Positions 38,287 to 52,340 of a stretch of DNA of 64,000 nucleotides are shown one piece after another. Source of the stretch: Octopus sinensis (lineage: Eukaryota); the NCBI RefSeq assembly GCF_006345805.1, contig NC_043005.1, positions 85,374,001-85,438,000 of the forward strand, in the 5' to 3' direction. The notes beneath the pieces are model-generated. The model was given only the letters and a program-made list of their open reading frames with translations. It was not told where the DNA came from and made no database searches. Position numbers and translations under genes: made by a program. Positions within the stretch are counted from its first letter, which is position 1. Every line of letters starts with the position of its first letter.

Positions 38287-38834
38287 TCATATATCTATAT
38301 ACATACATATGCAAAATTTAATACATATATTGATTTATGCAAAAATTCTATAATTATGAGTATAATTATAATTAAGGTTCAGCAAAATTTGCTTCACCAC
38401 ATACTGAAATTTAGAAAGAGCAGTTAAAAACTACTATTCTACTACTATAAGATATCTCTCAGACGGCAATACTCAACAACTCACGCAGGTAAAGAGAAAA
38501 AAATAATTATTGATAATATATTGCTTTATGTGTAATATATACACACATACATTTATATACATACAAGTGAAAAATTTAATATAAATTTACATGTAATATA
38601 TACACACATCTATATGTGTACTCTTTCACCACAGCTTTCTCTCACTCTTTCTTCCTGTTTCTGTATCACACTGAATCTCCCCAAGAACTACGTTAAGGGT
38701 ACAAGTGTCTGTGGAATGCTCAGCTACTTGCATATTAATTTCATGAGCTGGCCGTTCCAGTGATTGGATCAACTGGAACCCTCGTCATCATAACCAATCG
38801 TGTGCCACAATGTGTGGGCATATATATATATATA

Positions 38835-40106
38835 TCAGGTCATCCCATAAGTTCTGTCCGATTTTACCTCTTTTAAAATTGAATGAAATTTAATAGTATT
38901 TTACATTGTCAGATGGAATTAAAAATTATTTTTATGCATTTGTATACATTTAAATTATTTAATTATTATTTTACAGAATAATAGAATTAAAATTTCTTTG
39001 ATTAAAACCCTTTCTAACATGAAAGTATACAAAGAGCATTTAAGGCACATAATACTTTATGAGTAGAAAAAATGGAAACTCTGCAGCCGAAACAACTCAA
39101 AACGTACACTCAGTTTATGGGAAAGAATGCTTGAATGAAAGCACTTGCAGAGGATGGTTTGCAAAATTCAGAAGTGGAGATTTCAGCCTTGAATATGAAG
39201 ATCGAACAGAACGTCCAATTGAGTTTGATGATAAACTCCTTGAGGCATTACTTGAAGAAAATCCTGCATTATCAGTTGAAGAATTGGCAATAAAGCTTAG
39301 TTCAAACAATACAACTGTTCATCATCACCATCTTCAACAACTTGGAAAGGTTCCTAAACTTGGAAAATGGGTGCCTCATGAATTGTCCAAAAGCATCCGC
39401 AAATCCCGAGTTGACATCTGCTCTTCTCTCCAATCTTGCGAACTCATTTCACCCTTTTGGATAGACTGGTGACGAAAAATGGATCTTCTATCGAAATACT
39501 AAATGTTATAAACAGTGGCTTGGTAAAAGGGAAAAAATCTCAACTACAACCGAGAAAGGAACTTCATGGAAAAAAAGTTCTTCTCTCTATCTGATGGGAT
39601 TGCAAAGGAGTAATTCACTTTAAATTGTTACCACCTAATGCAACCATCAATGCTCAGCAATTAGAGCATTTGAACCAAGCTTTAAAAGAAAAAGAACCTG
39701 CTTTAGTGAATCGAAAAGGAGTGATGTTTCATCAGGACAATGTGTGACCTCACGCTGCAAGGACCACATCACAGAAGATCAAAGAGCTTGGTTGGGAAAA
39801 AATTCCTCATCCACCTTATTCTCCTGACCTTGCTCCTTCAGACTACCATTTGTTTTGTAGTTTACAGAATCATTTGGGGGACATAACTTTGGCAAGCCAG
39901 GAGGTGATCGAAACTGGCATTTCAGAGTTCTTCACTTTGAAACCAAAAGAATCCCATATTGATGGGATTAAAAATCTTGTAAATAGATGGAAGGAAGTCA
40001 TAGATAATCAGGGAAAGTACATAGCTGATTAAATTTCAATGAAATATAACATTTGATCATTTGTTTTCTTTATTCAAAATTCGGACAGAACATATGGGAT
40101 TACCTG

Positions 40107-40107
<1 letters not shown>
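38835..40107 (+). mobile_element. Full-length (~1.27 kb) decayed mariner transposon
   Basis: TIRs TCAGGTCATCCCATAAGTTCTGTCCGA and TCGGACAGAACATATGGGATTACCTGA with TA flanks. Transposase pieces WVPHEL, TGDEKWIFY, HQDN, PYSPDLAPSDYHLF, with stops and frameshifts. Confidence 0.95.
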
Positions 40108-40138
<31 letters not shown>

Positions 40139-40333
40139 TATATATACTAAGCAATTAAGGGTTTAGCAACGAATTGCCTCACCACACACCGAATTTAGAA
40201 ATAGCAGTCAAAGAGTTATAGCTATTCTTTCTACTAAAAGGGAGATCTCAGTAAAAACACAGCACTTGAAAGGCAAACACAGACAGGTAAGAGAGAATGA
40301 AATGATGGCAATCTATCATACAATTTTATGTCA

Positions 40334-40424
40334 CCTACGGACGTACGTTTCAAAATCAAGTTTTAGGAAAGCATAAGAATTAGATAATTCTACCCTACCT
40401 AACTTCTTTTCTCATCAGCGTAGG
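40334..40424 (-). ncRNA. Type I hammerhead (family I) within a 420-bp element at 40148-40567
   Basis: CCUACG-CUGAUGA-GAAA(A)...UUUU-GAAA-CGUACG-UC/CGUAGG. Perfect 6-bp stem I, palindromic stem III, GUC site. Confidence 0.9.
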
Positions 40425-40565
40425 ATACTACAATTATGAATAATTGTATATTAAATTTTGAGATACTAGAAGGCATCATCTCAACTCAGTGTCAGAGCGA
40501 GCTAAAGCATTACCAGTACCACGAAATTCAAAGTGTGAATGAAAGTTTGTGTCACCAGCCCCCTT

Positions 40566-40622
<57 letters not shown>

Positions 40623-40675
40623 CTGTCTGTCTGTCTGTCTATCTGTCTATCTATCTATCTATCTATCTATTTATC

Positions 40676-40714
<39 letters not shown>

Positions 40715-41019
40715 TATATATATGTAAACACACATATACATACTTTTGTTTTCAAACACAACACACATCCATACATGCATGGACACGTACATATCTATAT
40801 GTTTATACACCTGTTTGTGCATGCCTATAGGAAATTAAGAATTTTAAAAAAATGCAGTGAGAGTAGGATTGGAAAGAAATGTACTTTAAAATTGACAGTT
40901 CTTAAGAGAAAAACAGATTTCTCCATTTGATAATATAATTGGTGTGTGTTAGACTAAGACGAAAGTCTTTCTGTAGGAAATAACAATCAACTTCACTTTG
41001 ATTTGGTTTTACTCATCCT

Positions 41020-42195
41020 CTTTACTGATTAATAACAACAATAATAAGGATGATGACGACAGCGACGACGACGATGATGATGGTGATGAAAATAATGATA
41101 ATAATAACAATAATGATAATGATGGTGGTGATGATGATGATGATGACAACAACGAGGCCGCCACCGCCGATGATGAAAATAATGAAAATTATTTTATTTT
41201 TTTATTCTTTTACTTGTTTCAGTCATTTGACTGTGGCCATGCTGGAGCACAATCTATAGTCGAGCAAATTGACCCCAGGACTTATTCTTTGTAAGCCTAG
41301 TACTTATTATATCGGTCTATTTTGCCGAACCGCTAAGTTACGTACACGTAAGCACACCAGCATCTGTTGTCAAGTGAAGTTGTGGAGGACAAACACACAC
41401 ACATAAACACACACACAAACACACACAGACAGACACACACAAACATACATATATACGATGGGCTTCTTTCAGTTTCCATCTACCAAATCCACTCACAATG
41501 CTTTGGTCGGCTCGAGGCTATAGTAAAAGACACTTGCCCAATGTGCCACGCAGTGGGACTGAACCCGTAACTATGTGGTTGGTAAGCAAGCTACGTACCC
41601 CACAGCCACTCCTGCACCTATTAATATTGATGATGATGATGATGATGACAATGATGAGGATGATAAAAATAAGGATAATAATAACAATGGTGATGATGAT
41701 GAGAATGATAATAATAACACTAAGAAAAAAGAATGATGATGATGATGATGATGATAATGATGATAATGATGATGATGATAGCCATGGATATAATCTTTTA
41801 TCTAGCTTCAGTTTTTATGATCTTCACTCAGATTATTTAGTTAATCGTCCTAAATATATTTTCTTCTTTAATCTTGTTATTTCTTTGTCCTTTTTTATGT
41901 CTTCTTTTTAATTTTTTTATCTATTCTTTATGGATTTTTCTTGTAAGATTGTGTTGTTTGCTAGGTTTTTTTTCTCTCTCTCTTTATTGTTTCTGTCTTT
42001 CATTCATTTTCTTTCTTGTTTCCTGAAAAATCTTTTTCTTTTTTTTTCTTAATTCATTTCCGTGTTTACTTTTTTTGTTTATGTTTTTATAATTTCAATT
42101 ATTTTATTTTTTATTTTATTTTATCAAATTTCAAAATTCTTACAAAGAAGTCAATTAACACGATAATGATAATGATGATGATGATGATGATAGTA

Positions 42196-42229
<34 letters not shown>

Positions 42230-42425
42230 CAACGGTGATTGCTTTGGTGATGACTACGTTTATGGTGATGATGCTGGTTATAAAAATGACGATGGTGATA
42301 GTGATGCTGATGATGATGGTGACAAGGGTGGTGATGGTGATAGTAATACTCTTGTAAAAGAAGATGATGATGATGATGACCACAAAGATGAGAATTATGA
42401 AAACAATGATAACGATGATAATAGA
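41020..42425. repeat. (GAT/AAT)n trinucleotide tracts flanking SINE and T-rich DNA
   Basis: Tracts at 41020-41190, 41625-41785 and 42150-42425. Confidence 0.85.
41200..41620 (-). mobile_element. CORE-like SINE, full bipartite copy
   Basis: Same family as 2255. Confidence 0.85.
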
Positions 42426-42519
42426 AAGCAGCAATTATATATGGAAGACATTTATTTTCCAATTTTGAAGTATATGTGTATTATTTTTATTGTTCCAAAT
42501 TCTGGCAGTTCCAACTGCT

Positions 42520-43400
42520 TATGGTGGTGGTGTTGGTGTGGGTGGTGATTGTGTTGGTGGTGGTTATGCTGGTGGTGGTGGTGGTTGTGTTGGTGGTGGT
42601 GGTGTTGGTGGTGGTTGTGTTGGTGGTGGTTGTGTTGGTGGTGGTTGTGTTGGTGGTGGTGGTGTTGGTGGTGGTTGTGTTGGTGGTGGTGGTGTTGGTG
42701 GTGGTTGTGTTGGTGGTGGTGGTGTTGGTGGTAGTTGTGTTGTTGCTGTTGTTGTGGTGGTGGTGGTTGTGTTGTGGTGGTCGTGGTTGTGTTGGTAGTG
42801 GTTGTGTTAGCGTTGTGTTGGTGGTGGTTGTGTTGGTGGTGGTTGTGTTGGTGGTGGTTGTGTTGGTGGTGGTGGTGGTGGTGGTGGTGGTGGTTGTGTT
42901 GGTTGTGTTGGCGTTGGTTGTGTTGGTGTTGGTTGTGTTGGTGGTGGTTGTGTTGGTGGTGGTTGTGTTGGTGGTGGTGGTGTTGGTGGTGGTTGTGTTG
43001 GTGGTGGTTGTGTTGGTGGTGGTTGTGTTGTTGCTGTTGTTGTGGTGGTGGTGGTTGTGTTGTGGTGGTCGTGGTTGTGTTGGTAGTGGTTGTGTTAGCG
43101 TTGTGTTGGTGGTGGTTGTGTTGTTGTTGTTGTGGTGGTGGTTGTGTTGTGGTGGTGGTGGTGGTGGTGGTGGTGGTAGTGGTGGTTGTGTTGTGGTGTT
43201 TGTGTTGGTGGTGGTAGTATTGCTTGTGGTTATGCTGGTGGTGATTGTGTTGTTGATGGTTGTGCTGGTGGCGGCAGCATTGCTGTTGTTGGTGGTGGTG
43301 GTGGTTGCGCTGATGGCAGTGGTGTTGGTGGTGGTTGTGCTGGTGGCGGTAGTGTTGGTGGTGGTTGTGTTGGAAGTGGTGGTGGCGATGGTGCTTGTAT
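42520..43400. repeat. 15-bp (GGTGGTGGTTGTGTT)n minisatellite with a ~288-bp internal duplication
   Basis: Block '...gtggtcgtggttgtgttggtagtggttgtgttagcgttgtg' occurs at ~42775 and ~43063. Confidence 0.9.
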
Positions 43401-43689
43401 TGCTTGTTATCTTACTCCCTCTGACACAAATTTTTATTTTCCTATGATCTCTTTTTTCACTCATTTCATGGTGGAATCATTTTAAATCTTCTTCAGACAG
43501 AAGTATAGCAAATTAAAAAGAGAAAATTCTCAATTTTACATGATATTGAAGCTATGGAACTAAATGCAATTTATAGGAACATTTCCAAGAAATATGCTGG
43601 GGTTTACCTAAAATAGTCACCTTGCATGGCAATGCACTGGTCCCAGTGTTCCTGCCACTTTTGGTATCTGGTCTGGAAGTTGCTTTCTG

Positions 43690-44429
43690 TAAGTGAGTAG
43701 AGGACCTTCTGTGATTTGCTCAGGATCTCAACAATGGTGCTAAAACAGCAACCTTTGAGCTGCATTTTCATCTAGAGGAAGAGATGGGAGTCTGCAAGTG
43801 CCAAATCTGGTGAGTAAGGGGAATGTGGATGCGGTACCATGTTGTTTCTGGCAAGAAACTCACAAGTGAGGAAAGGTTGGTGAAGAATCCAATTCTTCAT
43901 GCTCCCCAGGTCAGGTTGTTTTCACCAGGTGTCCTCCCCCAAATGCTTCAAAATGTCACGGTAGAACTCTCAATTAACAGTCTGGCCCTGAGGGATGAAT
44001 TCTCAATGCACAATACCACATTTCCAGGGGTGATGCTTGTGGCAGGTCTTCCAGATTGCTCATCCTCTTCCAGGGACATTCCTCTGCTTTTGAAGGGCCC
44101 ATGCCACTTGAAACCTTGTGTCAAACCCATTGCCTCATCACTGTCAGCTTTCTGAAGCATGCTCAATGTCTCTGTAACAGATTTCCCAAGTTTAATGCAA
44201 AATTTCATGTTGACTCTTTGTTCCTGTCCATGACAAAATCACAAACTACAGCATCCACACATGTGATCACAAAAGCACAAATTTCACAACTTTCAAAGTA
44301 AACATAACGATGCAACTTGGCACACTGCTTCATGAAGGTCACTGCTAGCTCTCACTGTGCACACAACCATGAGCTGCCATCTGTTGGTGCACTACAGAAC
44401 TAGTTCGGGAACTTTCTGATACTGGCTCG
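43690..44429 (-). mobile_element. Internally deleted mariner relic
   Basis: HTH region KFCIKLGKS.TETLSML...SLEEDEQSGRP, then PHPPYSPDLAP in another frame. TIR-like 'cgagccagtatcagaaagttcccgaacta' at the right end. Confidence 0.8.
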
Positions 44430-45054
44430 CACATACATACCTATGTGTACATGTCTGTGTGTGTTTGTTTGTGTGTGTGTGTGTATGCATGTGCGTGTGT
44501 GTGTGTGTGTAGCTATCTGTGTACCATAATGTATGTACACTACAATTTCCACATGGACTCCATCTTCAAAAATACTGGATCTTGATGCTGAAGCCTACAA
44601 CATGCCCCAATGTTCACATGGCCATTTTTTTCTTTATTTTTTCTGCAAGGCTAGATAAAACAATAAATTCTACGTACGATTCTCTTGAGCTAAAAACTTA
44701 AAGGTGAATACCTAATTTCATCTCTTTTCTCTCAAGTGTAGTCAATCACAGTTATAATTAAATGTTGGCAGGCAGTTACGTGCTCAATTCCAGTTGGGGG
44801 AACAGTAACCTCAGCAAGACTTGGTCTGCTAATTCTTTAACCACCAACTACCAATGATGTAAAGTAATACTAGCAGAAACACTGCCCTCCGGGTGGTTTT
44901 CTACTTGTCACTGAATATTTGCTCATTTGGTTCCCAATTTTTGCAATTTTTCTGATTTCTCTTTATATCTTTTATTCCTCTAATAGCATTTTCTTTCTCA
45001 GTAAATATTTCTTTCATTATTTTATTGCAATCTGAATCTCTTTCCTGTAAGGTA

Positions 45055-45740
<686 letters not shown>

Positions 45741-47204
45741 CTGAAAGGTAATCCATCTTCTATGTGGTTATTTATTATGCTAGAAATAGCAGACACCACG
45801 TGGGTATATTCTAAGGTGCTTACCATGCATACCAACAATAACAGCAAAATTATTTCTCATTTATTTATTTTTTCTTTCAAATTATTCCAAGTGATTTCAG
45901 ACTTCTCCACACAATTCAACTGACCTCCAAGTGACTTGAAATCACAGTCATATTAAGGAGGGGTGAGGATGACCCTTGGGGTCATTTTAAATTGATTTCA
46001 GTTTAACCCCTCAAATCTCTCCCTAAATTTTCTTTACATTTATGGCAAATAAAGTGTGTTTCCGTGTGTGTCTGTCTTTGTGTGTGTATGCATTATTTAA
46101 TCACAGAGAAAGTGTTTAGAGTGTCCACTCCATTGGTTAAAGATGAAAAATTCCTATTTAAATTTTATATATTTTTTGTATAATAATTGCATATGAATAT
46201 ATTTTGTTTTGTACAGAGACATCTTTCATTTACATTTAAAGAATATGTGCATTAATATATTTTGTTTTGTGTAATATTTATTTCACTCACTAGTTTGTTA
46301 TAAAAGAAAAAAAAAATTGCTTTTATTTAAAAAATTGCATACTAAGAATCTCTGATGTTTAAAGCGTTTTTTTAAAGGCATCATAAAAGTTTTGGGGTAT
46401 GTACTGGAAAAAAATCATATAGAAAAGTTTACTATTGGTTCTAACTTATTTCTTTTCTGTCAATACTTGTTTGTACTGAAATATTAATATATTAATAACC
46501 TAATCTATATAAACACTCAGCTACAGATGTACAGAGATAGAAGATTACATATTTATTCTTGTTCATCGTGTAAACTGCAATAACAAAAAGTGGAGGTTTC
46601 AGGAAAAGAATTAATTATTGGAAACATATTGACAAAGAAGAGATGAAAGAAGAAACAGAAGGCAGTCAGACAGCCTGGCAGTTCATGATTTTAAAGAAAA
46701 GCAACTGAAGTGAATTAGAATTAATCATTTAGTAGAAAAGAAATTTCAAAGCACATTTTGATAAAAATAGATTAAAATGGAATTTTAAAAAAACTTCCTA
46801 AACAATGGAGAATTTAATAATTGCTTTCATTTAGTAATAGTTACATAATTCCAACTAATTAATAAGCAGCCTTCTCCATTATATCAGATCAAAGTATTTT
46901 TCAAATTTATTGAAACTCAGAGTAAAAGTAATTAACTGGGTAAGTAACTAAGTGTTATGTGGTATTTTTTCATTACTAAGAGCTCAAGTTTAAATCCCTC
47001 AAATGTCAACTCTGTCTTGGTCTGTTTACTTTCAATAAATAAGATACCATTTCATATGAATCGGTGGAATGGCTAGAGTGGTGCAGAAGATTCTTTGCAG
47101 AGTATATTTATGTTCTTTGTGTTTTGAGTTGAAACTCATTGTCTATTCACCAATTTCCTTTATTTCTCACTTTACTGTATGATCCCAATATTAGATGACA
47201 AGCC

Positions 47205-47435
47205 GGTGAGCTGGCAGAAACATTAGCACACTGGGCAAAATGCCTAGCGGTATTTCATCTGCTGTTACGTTCCAAGTTCAAATTCCACCAAGGTCAACTT
47301 TGCCTTTCATCCTTTCGGGGTGGATTAAATAAGTAGCAGTTATGCACTGGCGTCGATGTAATCGACTTATCCCCTTTGTCTGTCCTTGTTTGTCCCCTCT
47401 ATGTTTAGCACCTTGTGAGCAATAAAGAAATAAAT
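47205..47435 (+). mobile_element. Nin/Deu-like SINE, full length
   Basis: Same family as 19608. Confidence 0.85.
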
Positions 47436-47634
47436 ATCAGATGAAATGGCGTCGGTGATGGGGACAACATTTCTGCATGGATGAAAATGCAGATGTTATG
47501 TTAGATGTGTGATAAACCTATACTGATCTTGTAAATTATATAAAGTTAACGGTATATAGAACATTTTAAAGACTTTACATCACAGAATCACACGTTTCAT
47601 GATGTGTGATTATTAACAATTATTTGCTTTGTAG

Positions 47635-47675
47635 ATCTGCTCACTTCAAGTCAGCTGGAGTTCATCTTATTTATT
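47635..47675 (+). CDS. Candidate exon (SAHFKSAGVHLIY)
   Basis: ttgctttgtag acceptor, T|GTGAGA donor, phase 2 to 1. Confidence 0.2.
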
Positions 47676-48708
47676 GTGAGAAGAAAAAGGATGAAACAAA
47701 CACAACTGCACTGAATTTCATACGTGTCCTCTGACTATGAAATACACTGCCAGAAATAATGTATAAGGTTGTTAAACAGGATTTTGTGGTTGACATGAGG
47801 TGTCAAAGAGACAAAAAGTGATATTTACCATTCCTGTTTACATTTAGAAGGGTTATACAAAAACAAATAAGAAACTGTAAAATTAATGGAATGTGGGCTC
47901 CAAACTTATATCCCTGATGTTCAAATATTTTCCCCTCTTGATTTCAATATTGCTATAAAACTCTGTTTATCTGATCTTAATATCTGTATACTACCATCTC
48001 TTAAACTCTGGTTTATCTCTCCTCCCTTGCAGCAGTGTATCCCACTCACCTCTCTCTCATTCCTAAATACTTTGCTCATATTCTCACCCTCCCATGCAAC
48101 TGCAGCCTTCAGAAATAAGCTAGCTTCTTCATCAACAACTAATATTCAAAAGTCCAACTTGATATTTAATGCATTTACTTTCTTCATCGTCATTGAATGT
48201 CCATGTTCCATGTCGGCATGGGTTCGATGACTTGACAGGATCTGATGGTTCCAAGGACTGCATCATGCCCCATTGCCGACTTTGCCATGGTTTCTACAGT
48301 TGGTTGCTATTCCTAATGCCAACCACTGAATGCCCTGGATGCATTTTTATATGGCACCAGCACTAGTGAGGTTGACGTGCTACTTGCAAGACCGGAGAGT
48401 GGGTTGATGTGAGTGAGGTACAGCAACCAGCAGTATGTGTGTGTGTGTGTGTGTAGGGGTGGAAGTTGTAAGAGGGATGGCAGAATAAGAGATGGGGAAT
48501 GGGTGTGGAGAATAAAGGCAGGCGACGATTGCAAAGATTAAATTAGGGGTGAAGGGTGGACTACTCACTTAACAAAAGCAACAAAAAGCTACGCATATCA
48601 CCATTTTTTAGTTTAAGATATAGGTTTCAAATTTTGAAGCAAGGCCAGCAATTTTCAGTGGAGAGGTTGGTTGATTAGATCGACCCCAAATTCAACTGGC
48701 ATTTATTT

Positions 48709-48973
48709 ATATTATTTACATTTGACAGATATTTGTCCTCTTCTAATATACCCTCCAGCCTTCATCAGGTGTCTTGGGGAAATTTCAAACCTGGGTTCTC
48801 ATTCCTAAGGTATATTTTGATGTTATTATTATTTTTATCACCATTATTATTCAGGTCACTGCCTGATTTATAAGCCCTAAAATTCACTCCCTAATTGCCC
48901 ACGGGCATATTGGGTAGAGGTTAAGAGCGCGGGCTACAAACCCCAAGATTCCGAGTTTGATTCCAGGCAGTGA

Positions 48974-49036
<63 letters not shown>

Positions 49037-49225
49037 CAACATCGAAAAATACCTTAGGAATGAGAACCCAGGTTCGAAATTTCCCCAAGACATTTGATGA
49101 GGGCTGGAGGGTATATCAGTCGAAGTGTTGTGTTAACAGCAAACAAGATGAAAACAAATATCTGTCAAATGTAAATAATGTAAATAATGTACATAATTCC
49201 TCATCTCTTAAACATAGCACTGTCG
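48709..49225. mobile_element. Family A copy 4 (inverted dimer) nested in a Nin/Deu-like SINE
   Basis: Splits the host SINE into 48630-48708 and 49226-49340. TSD-like GCATTTATTT and GTATTTATTT. Confidence 0.85.
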
Positions 49226-50129
49226 TATTTATTTTATCAACTCTGAAATGAAGAATGGCAAAGTAAATCTTGGTAGAATTTGAACTCAGAACATAAAGAG
49301 GATTGAAATGTCTCTAAGCGTTTTGCTGAGTCTGCTAACAATTCTGCCAGCTTGCTGCTTCAATTTTTGTTTAGTTTAAGGTATTAAAACAAAGAATGGG
49401 ATGAAAAGTGGAGCAAACATGAAGAGGCATTTAGAGCTTAGGCCAAACAGGTTGTCATCTCAAGAACTTCAGCATCTAATGTTTGAACTGGACACTTAAC
49501 CAATGATGAAGGTTTAGGAAGTCCTTAATCTTTTACTTATTTTGGTCATTGGACTGTGGCCATGCTGGAGCATTGTCTTAAAGTGTTTCATCAAAGAAAT
49601 CAAACTAGTTTTTTTTTTTCATGCTCTTTAAGTTTAATACTGATTATATACTAATTTTTATACTTTTAATACTAATTTTTTGCCAAAATGGTAGTTATGG
49701 GGATGTAAACAAACCAGCACCGGTTGTCAAGCAGTGATGGTGAGAAGACAAACAACACAAAAACGCATACCTACACACACATGTATATGATAGGCTTCCA
49801 CACAGTTTCTGTGTTCCAGCCCTACTCATAAGGCATTGGTCAGCTCAAGAGCTATTGTAGAAGGTGCCATGCAATGGGACTGAACCTGAAACCATGTGGT
49901 TGCAAATAGAGCTTCTTAACTATACAACCATGTTCACATGTGATTGAGTATACCGTACATTTGTGTACTTTTAATGGATAGACTAGCAAATCCATTCTAG
50001 ATTTATCTTTCAGACTGTTCATTGCACCTTAATCCTTATAATACAACACAACCACTACATGTGTGTGTGTGCACGTGCATGTGTGTGTGTGTGTATGTGT
50101 GTGTGTGCATGCATGTGTGTGAGCACATA

Positions 50130-50626
<497 letters not shown>

Positions 50627-50630
50627 CTGA

Positions 50631-51025
50631 CTAGCAGTATTGCCCGGCGTTGCTCGGGTTTGTAAGGGAAATAACTATATAAGCATTTTTAGAGATGTAA
50701 AGTATAATAGCCATCTCAATATGGCTAACCAGAAAGGGGGGGTGTTACTGTAGCTTTTTACGTTCTGAGATTTAATAATACATTTTTAGAGAGTTACTTC
50801 CCTTATATATGCCAAAAATGCATTAAAAATGGCAAAAATTGATGGTAAATTTTTTTTTAAATCGTAGACTCATCCTAGACGCGCGCTAATACCCAGAAGG
50901 GCTCGATATGAATCACGACTATAAGATACCCGGTTTTGGTTAAACTGCACCGCAAATATGGGAGTAGTTAGGAATCTAAATCGTAGGAGACAGACAGCAC
51001 ACAACCTCACTTTTATATATAAAGA
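50631..51025 (-). mobile_element. Non-autonomous Helitron
   Basis: Same termini as 26687. Confidence 0.85.
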
Positions 51026-51484
51026 TATAAATACATTTATATCTGATATAAACAACCATTCCTATCACAAAATACAACACACACACACACACACATACAC
51101 CTACACAGAATATATGAACTGTATATAAAATGATATAAAGCATATTGATTGACTGGAGAGGTATTCACGTTATAATACATGGCTATGTGGTGTGATATAT
51201 GTTATTTTAAAATATGACAAAATAATGCTTTGCACAGATGGAGCATTAAAGATGAAGTCTTCTACAACATCATACTAAGCCTCGAATAGATGAAGAGATG
51301 GCTAATAATTATTGCTATGTGTAGTGGAACTATTCAATTTTTCCTGATAAATTTAAGATTCCTAGCACATCACCCGATAGTTAAGATACTCATAAATATT
51401 AAAACAGATGATGGAGTCTCTATGTAGTTGCTTGACCTGGGTATAACAACGAAATTTCTTAAAATTAATATTTTCCCTTGCATA

Positions 51485-51700
51485 TGAGTGAGTGCTGCAA
51501 AGTTCCTGGCTTTAAGAATATTGCAAAAGGCCTGGTTGGAGGCTCAACCTCCTGAGTTCTTTTACAGGGATTAGAAAAACTAAAGGACTGCTGTAATACA
51601 TGTGTGAATCTGAGAGGGGAATACGTTGTATAAAATCATAATTAACTGATCCTCCTGTATTTTATTTTAGCTAAAGTCTGACATAGTTTAGCACACCTTG
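51485..51700 (+). mobile_element. Mariner-derived MITE
   Basis: TA flanks, degenerate TIRs, residual transposase C-terminus (QGLEKLKDCCNTCVNLRGEYV). Confidence 0.7.
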
Positions 51701-51734
51701 TATGTGTACATATTGTGTGTCTATACACAAACAC

Positions 51735-51782
<48 letters not shown>

Positions 51783-51871
51783 GTATACATATATATATAT
51801 GTATGTATATATCTATATATCTATATATATATGTATACATATATATATATGTATGTATATATCTATATATA

Positions 51872-51918
<47 letters not shown>

Positions 51919-51919
<1 letters not shown>

Positions 51920-52067
51920 TTTATTTAAAGCAGTAGAAAATTCAACAAAACCTGTAACAGGTTTTGTTGAATTTTCTACTGCTTTAAATAAAGCATATTA
52001 CTCTACCACTGGTATTTGAGTATTCTTTTTTCCACCTTGTTTCACATTTATGTGTTTACTCCGGTAT
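51919..52067 (+). mobile_element. Family C terminal fragment with a perfect 37-bp fold-back
   Basis: Arms 51919-51955 and 51957-51993 are exact reverse complements. 51957-52067 matches 14847-14940. Confidence 0.9.
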
Positions 52068-52071
52068 ATAT

Positions 52072-52119
<48 letters not shown>

Positions 52120-52125
52120 TGTATG

Positions 52126-52185
<60 letters not shown>

Positions 52186-52305
52186 TAGATAGATAGATAG
52201 ATAGATAGTTAATCCAAACAAGAAAGCACCAAAAAACACAACAACATGAGGACGTGGAACAAATATAGTATTATTGGACGCTCAGGAAAGAAGGAAAGAA
52301 GGAGG

Positions 52306-52340
52306 GTTTAACGTTTCGAGCGGAGCTCTTTGTCGGAAAC
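52306..52340 (-). ncRNA. Minimal hammerhead motif (family G) within an element spanning ~52207-52420
   Basis: GUUU-CCGACAA-A-GAGC(UCC)GCUC-GAAA-CG-UU/AAAC. U4C variant; G8 is A in this copy. Confidence 0.65.

Noticed and set aside
42476-43464. 325-aa Thr-rich mucin-like and 323-aa Val-rich ORFs
   Set aside because: Products of the 15-bp minisatellite; no signal peptide or flanking domains.
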